Assembly (NCBI GenBank): GCA_038816475.1
Contig: JAWBAI010000010.1
Span: 1-43,661, forward strand
Direction: 5' to 3'
Length of the DNA stretch: 43,661 nucleotides
Origin: Desulfurococcaceae archaeon
GTDB taxonomy: Archaea > Thermoproteota > Thermoprotei_A > Sulfolobales > Desulfurococcaceae
Part shown: in pieces, positions 40,417 through 43,661 of the stretch
Position numbering within the stretch: position 1 is the stretch's first letter
Layout: each line of letters starts with the position of its first letter
Program-made: the position numbers and the translations under genes
Notes under the pieces: model-generated
Database searches by the model: none
The model's input: only the letters and a program-made list of their open reading frames with translations
Told to the model about the DNA's origin: nothing

Positions 40417-41565
40417 ATGGATATTCAAAATAGAAAGATTATAGCAGTGGTTATTTTAGTGCTGGTAACTATAACATTGGCTTCAATATATTTCACGTAT
40501 TTCCAACAACGGGAAAGCGCATCTCATAAAACACTCACTACATCTACTCCTATATCTACAATGCCATCTTCATCTGTAATTCTTCAAGGAGCAGGTGCAA
40601 CATTTATTTATCCACAGTTAAATGAATGGATACAATTGTTTTACATGAAGAAAGGTATACGCGTTAGTTACCAATCCGTGGGAAGTGGCGCTGGTTTAAG
40701 TATGTTTTTCCAGGGAATAGTGGATTTCGCATGTATTGATCCACCACTCTCGAGAGATATGTGGGAGAAATATAAAGGGGAAATAATTCAAGTACCGTGG
40801 CTTATTGGCGCGGTAGTAATCATATATAATATCCCTGAACTCCCGGGGAGCGTTTCATTAAAGCTAGATGAAGTGGCATTAGCTAAAATATATAAAGGCG
40901 AGATTGTATACTGGGATGATCTTTACATTAAGAGTTTGAATCCTGAGATCGCGGATAAATTGCCACATAAAGAGATCATTGCTGTGTATAGATCAGACTC
41001 GAGTGGAACCACGGAGATATTTACGACGTATCTCAACAAAGCTGCGAGTAACATATGGCCTAGTGAGTTAGTTGGAAAAACTGTTAATTGGCCGGTTGCA
41101 AGAGTAGGCAGGGGCGTTGGTGGAAAAGGAAATGAAGGAGTTACGCAGATAGTTATGCAGACCCCATATAGTATTGGCTACGTGGAATGGGGATACGCTA
41201 TTGCAAATAACTTACCCATAGCTTCATTGAAGAACGCAGCTGGATTTTTCGTAAAACCCAGTGAGGAATCATTAATCAGCGCCCTGAATAATGTTAATAT
41301 TCCATCAACGACACTAGATGATTTCAGTCATATAGTTCGCGAAGCTGTTTACGCACCAGGAGAGGAAAGTTATCCTCTACTGGCATTAACACATTTAGTG
41401 ATCTGGAGAAAATACGACGACCCATTAAAAGCATATGCATTGAAGGAGTTTCTAAAATGGATACTTGAAGACGGTTATAACCACATTATTCCAGGTTATG
41501 TAGCACCTCCACCATCTATCAGGGAGTTGTTGAAAAATGCTATTAATCTCATTGAAGCAAAGTGA
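40417..41565 (+). CDS. pstS: Phosphate ABC transporter substrate-binding protein
   Basis: GAGATF, YQSVGSGAG, RSDSSGTT, GKGNEGV, IGYVE; N-terminal TM anchor. Start ATG 40417 probable. Confidence 0.95.
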   Translation: MDIQNRKIIAVVILVLVTITLASIYFTYFQQRESASHKTLTTSTPISTMPSSSVILQGAGATFIYPQLNEWIQLFYMKKGIRVSYQSVGSGAGLSMFFQGIVDFACIDPPLSRDMWEKYKGEIIQVPWLIGAVVIIYNIPELPGSVSLKLDEVALAKIYKGEIVYWDDLYIKSLNPEIADKLPHKEIIAVYRSDSSGTTEIFTTYLNKAASNIWPSELVGKTVNWPVARVGRGVGGKGNEGVTQIVMQTPYSIGYVEWGYAIANNLPIASLKNAAGFFVKPSEESLISALNNVNIPSTTLDDFSHIVREAVYAPGEESYPLLALTHLVIWRKYDDPLKAYALKEFLKWILEDGYNHIIPGYVAPPPSIRELLKNAINLIEAK

Positions 41566-42488
41566 TGGCAATGGGTGTTTCAAGAAAGGACAAAATATTT
41601 TTTCTTTCACTAATCCCTCCTTCAATTACGCTACTAGGCATACTAGTAGTAACAATTATTACGATTTTGTCTAATTCCCTTGAATCTCTCAGTCTATATG
41701 GTTTAAGCTTAATTGCTTCAAGCATTTGGGATCCCGAAAACCTAAAGTACGGTCTCTTAGCACCTATACTCGGCTCAATAATGACATCTACGCTGGCTAT
41801 ATTAATAGCTCTTGTTTTCTCAATCCCCTTAGTTATCCTAATAGCAGAGTATTCAAGTGGCTTCGTGAAAAACGTTTTATCATCCATAGTAGAGCTTATG
41901 GGAGGTATACCAACAATTGTCTATGCAATATGGGCTTCAACGTATTTTGCATCTCTATTGAAACAGTACGTAATGGATCCTCTGCACGCCTATTTCTCAA
42001 TTATACCATTGTTCTCGTGTAAGCCGATCACCGGTTTCAGCATATTCACAGCTGGAGTATCCATTGGAGTATCCATAGTACCATATGTTACATCAATGAT
42101 ACTAGAAGCTTACCAGAATATTCCCCAAGCGTTGAGGGAGGCGTGTCTAGGGATTGGTTGCACTAAGTACGAATCAGTTAAAGTTTTAATGTCTCTTGCT
42201 AAGCCGGCTGTGTTGGCATCCCTGATTCTAGGTTTCGCGAGATCCCTCGGTGAAACAACAATAGCTGTGGCTACAGTAGGAAACTCTATGTATCTTAGCT
42301 CGTGTATCTTCTCCCCTGGAATAACTGTTTCCGCGTTGATCGCATCTCAGTTTGCCAACGCGTACCTGTATAAATACGCTGAATCCGTTCTCTACGCCTC
42401 AGCTTTATTTGTTCTATTTATTGCAATAGTGCTTAGTTTCGTTGGATTATCTATGTTGATCAAATGGAGGGTGAAGATAGTTGTATGA
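41562..42488 (+). CDS. pstC: Phosphate ABC transporter permease
   Basis: VELMGGIPTIVY, IPQALREACLGIG, RSLGET. Confidence 0.92.
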   Translation: MMAMGVSRKDKIFFLSLIPPSITLLGILVVTIITILSNSLESLSLYGLSLIASSIWDPENLKYGLLAPILGSIMTSTLAILIALVFSIPLVILIAEYSSGFVKNVLSSIVELMGGIPTIVYAIWASTYFASLLKQYVMDPLHAYFSIIPLFSCKPITGFSIFTAGVSIGVSIVPYVTSMILEAYQNIPQALREACLGIGCTKYESVKVLMSLAKPAVLASLILGFARSLGETTIAVATVGNSMYLSSCIFSPGITVSALIASQFANAYLYKYAESVLYASALFVLFIAIVLSFVGLSMLIKWRVKIVV

Positions 42489-43326
42489 TCAACGGAAAAT
42501 AAAGGATATGTTGTTTTTCGTATTTGTGCTTTCGGTGTCTATAATAGCTCTTACGTTAATGTTACATATAATATTTGTTACATTAAGCAATGGTATACCG
42601 GTTATTCTCAGGGCAGGTTTAGGCTTCTTCACCAGTATCCCGCCGACTCCGCTTTCAAAAAATATTGGTGGAATAGCACCAGCTTTAGCTGGCTCATTTA
42701 TTATGACTTTGGCTTCCTTACCTGTTTCTGTATCTCTAGCTTTTTTCTCTGCTGTTTTAACAACGGAATTTCCGAGAAATCCATTATCTATAGTTATAGA
42801 TGTTGTAGCCAAATCACTTGCAAGTATACCTACAATCGTTGTTTCAATGGTTATTTATTTAATTGTAGTAGTACCTATGGGTAAGTTTTCGGCTCTAGCC
42901 GGCGTACTAGCATTGACTATTATTTCTTTGCCGTATTCATACACCTATATTTCTACGTATCTACGTTCTATTCCCGCAACATACCGGGAAGCAGCATATT
43001 CCATTGCCATGAGCAGATGGAGGATGATAATAAGCGTATTTGTTCCAATAATAAGACGGGGGCTGCTAATTACTGTTTCAATGACTTCCGCTAGAATCCT
43101 TGGAGAAACAGCCGCAATACTATTTGTAACCGGGAGATATAGACTCGGGGTTTCAGTATCTCTACTTGACCCAACGGACGCAGTTCCGTTACTAATATTC
43201 GACTACATGCTGACACCGTATAAGAACTTCCAGGAGATATCCTGGGCAGCCGCGTCTCTACTTCTCTTGTCTTATCTGATTATATTTACTACAACAAAGT
43301 TCCTCGTTAAAGGGGTGAAATTGTAA
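42481..43326 (+). CDS. pstA: Phosphate ABC transporter permease
   Basis: GGIAPALAGS, LASIPTIV, YREAAYSI, ARILGETA. Confidence 0.92.
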   Translation: MYDQRKIKDMLFFVFVLSVSIIALTLMLHIIFVTLSNGIPVILRAGLGFFTSIPPTPLSKNIGGIAPALAGSFIMTLASLPVSVSLAFFSAVLTTEFPRNPLSIVIDVVAKSLASIPTIVVSMVIYLIVVVPMGKFSALAGVLALTIISLPYSYTYISTYLRSIPATYREAAYSIAMSRWRMIISVFVPIIRRGLLITVSMTSARILGETAAILFVTGRYRLGVSVSLLDPTDAVPLLIFDYMLTPYKNFQEISWAAASLLLLSYLIIFTTTKFLVKGVKL

Positions 43327-43661
43327 TGTACGCCGTTGAGCTAGATAATGTAAATGTATATATTGAAGGCAAACATATATTGAAGAATATTACATTGAGG
43401 GTTCCGTATAACACCATATATGTCATAATGGGTCCATCCGGTTCAGGTAAAACAACTATTCTCAGAGTTATAAACAGGCTCATCGAGTTAAATCCTAGTG
43501 CAAAGATTAATGGCTCCGTTAAAGTACTTGGATTCGACGCATTTAAAATAGATCCCTACGATTTGCGAAAGCACATAGGTATGGTATTTCAAATACCGAA
43601 TCCATTTCCTCACATGACGATATATGATAATGTCGCGATAGCAGCCAGGATAAATAGAGTT
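43326..43661 (+). CDS. pstB: Phosphate ABC transporter ATPase (partial, runs off window)
   Basis: ATG overlaps the pstA TAA; MYAVELDNVN...IMGPSGSGKTT...NRL...IGMVFQIPNPFPHMTIYDNV. Confidence 0.93.
   Translation, partial: MYAVELDNVNVYIEGKHILKNITLRVPYNTIYVIMGPSGSGKTTILRVINRLIELNPSAKINGSVKVLGFDAFKIDPYDLRKHIGMVFQIPNPFPHMTIYDNVAIAARINRV

Overview
Hyperthermophilic crenarchaeal chromosome segment, probably Desulfurococcales. Evidence: free-standing 5S rRNA with long helix I, intron-containing tRNAs, Rpo8, SmAP3, thermosome, class V FBPase. Most of the window is housekeeping: ABCE1, fbp, tpiA, rps17e, ahcY, trxB, tfe, thsB, tgtA, PAN, MBF1, HflX, Trm56, LplA/B with LipS1/LipS2 lipoate genes, and a phoU-pstSCAB locus running off the right end. 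The main accessory element is a ~10.3 kb four-gene operon (10725-21058) between ahcY and the 3' end of tRNA-Ile2(CAT). It encodes a DUF1156-type adenine methylase, a DUF499-type ATPase, a small unknown protein and a SNF2 helicase with a C-terminal DUF3883-like nuclease, i.e. an archaeal restriction-like/BREX-related defence system. Items missing from the ORF track: a 26-aa Glu/Trp-repeat micro-ORF, two candidate box C/D sRNAs, a tgtA whose conserved N-terminus has no canonical start codon, and two adjacent frameshifted genes (YbjQ, YhfC-like). All family calls come from reading motifs by eye; no searches were run.
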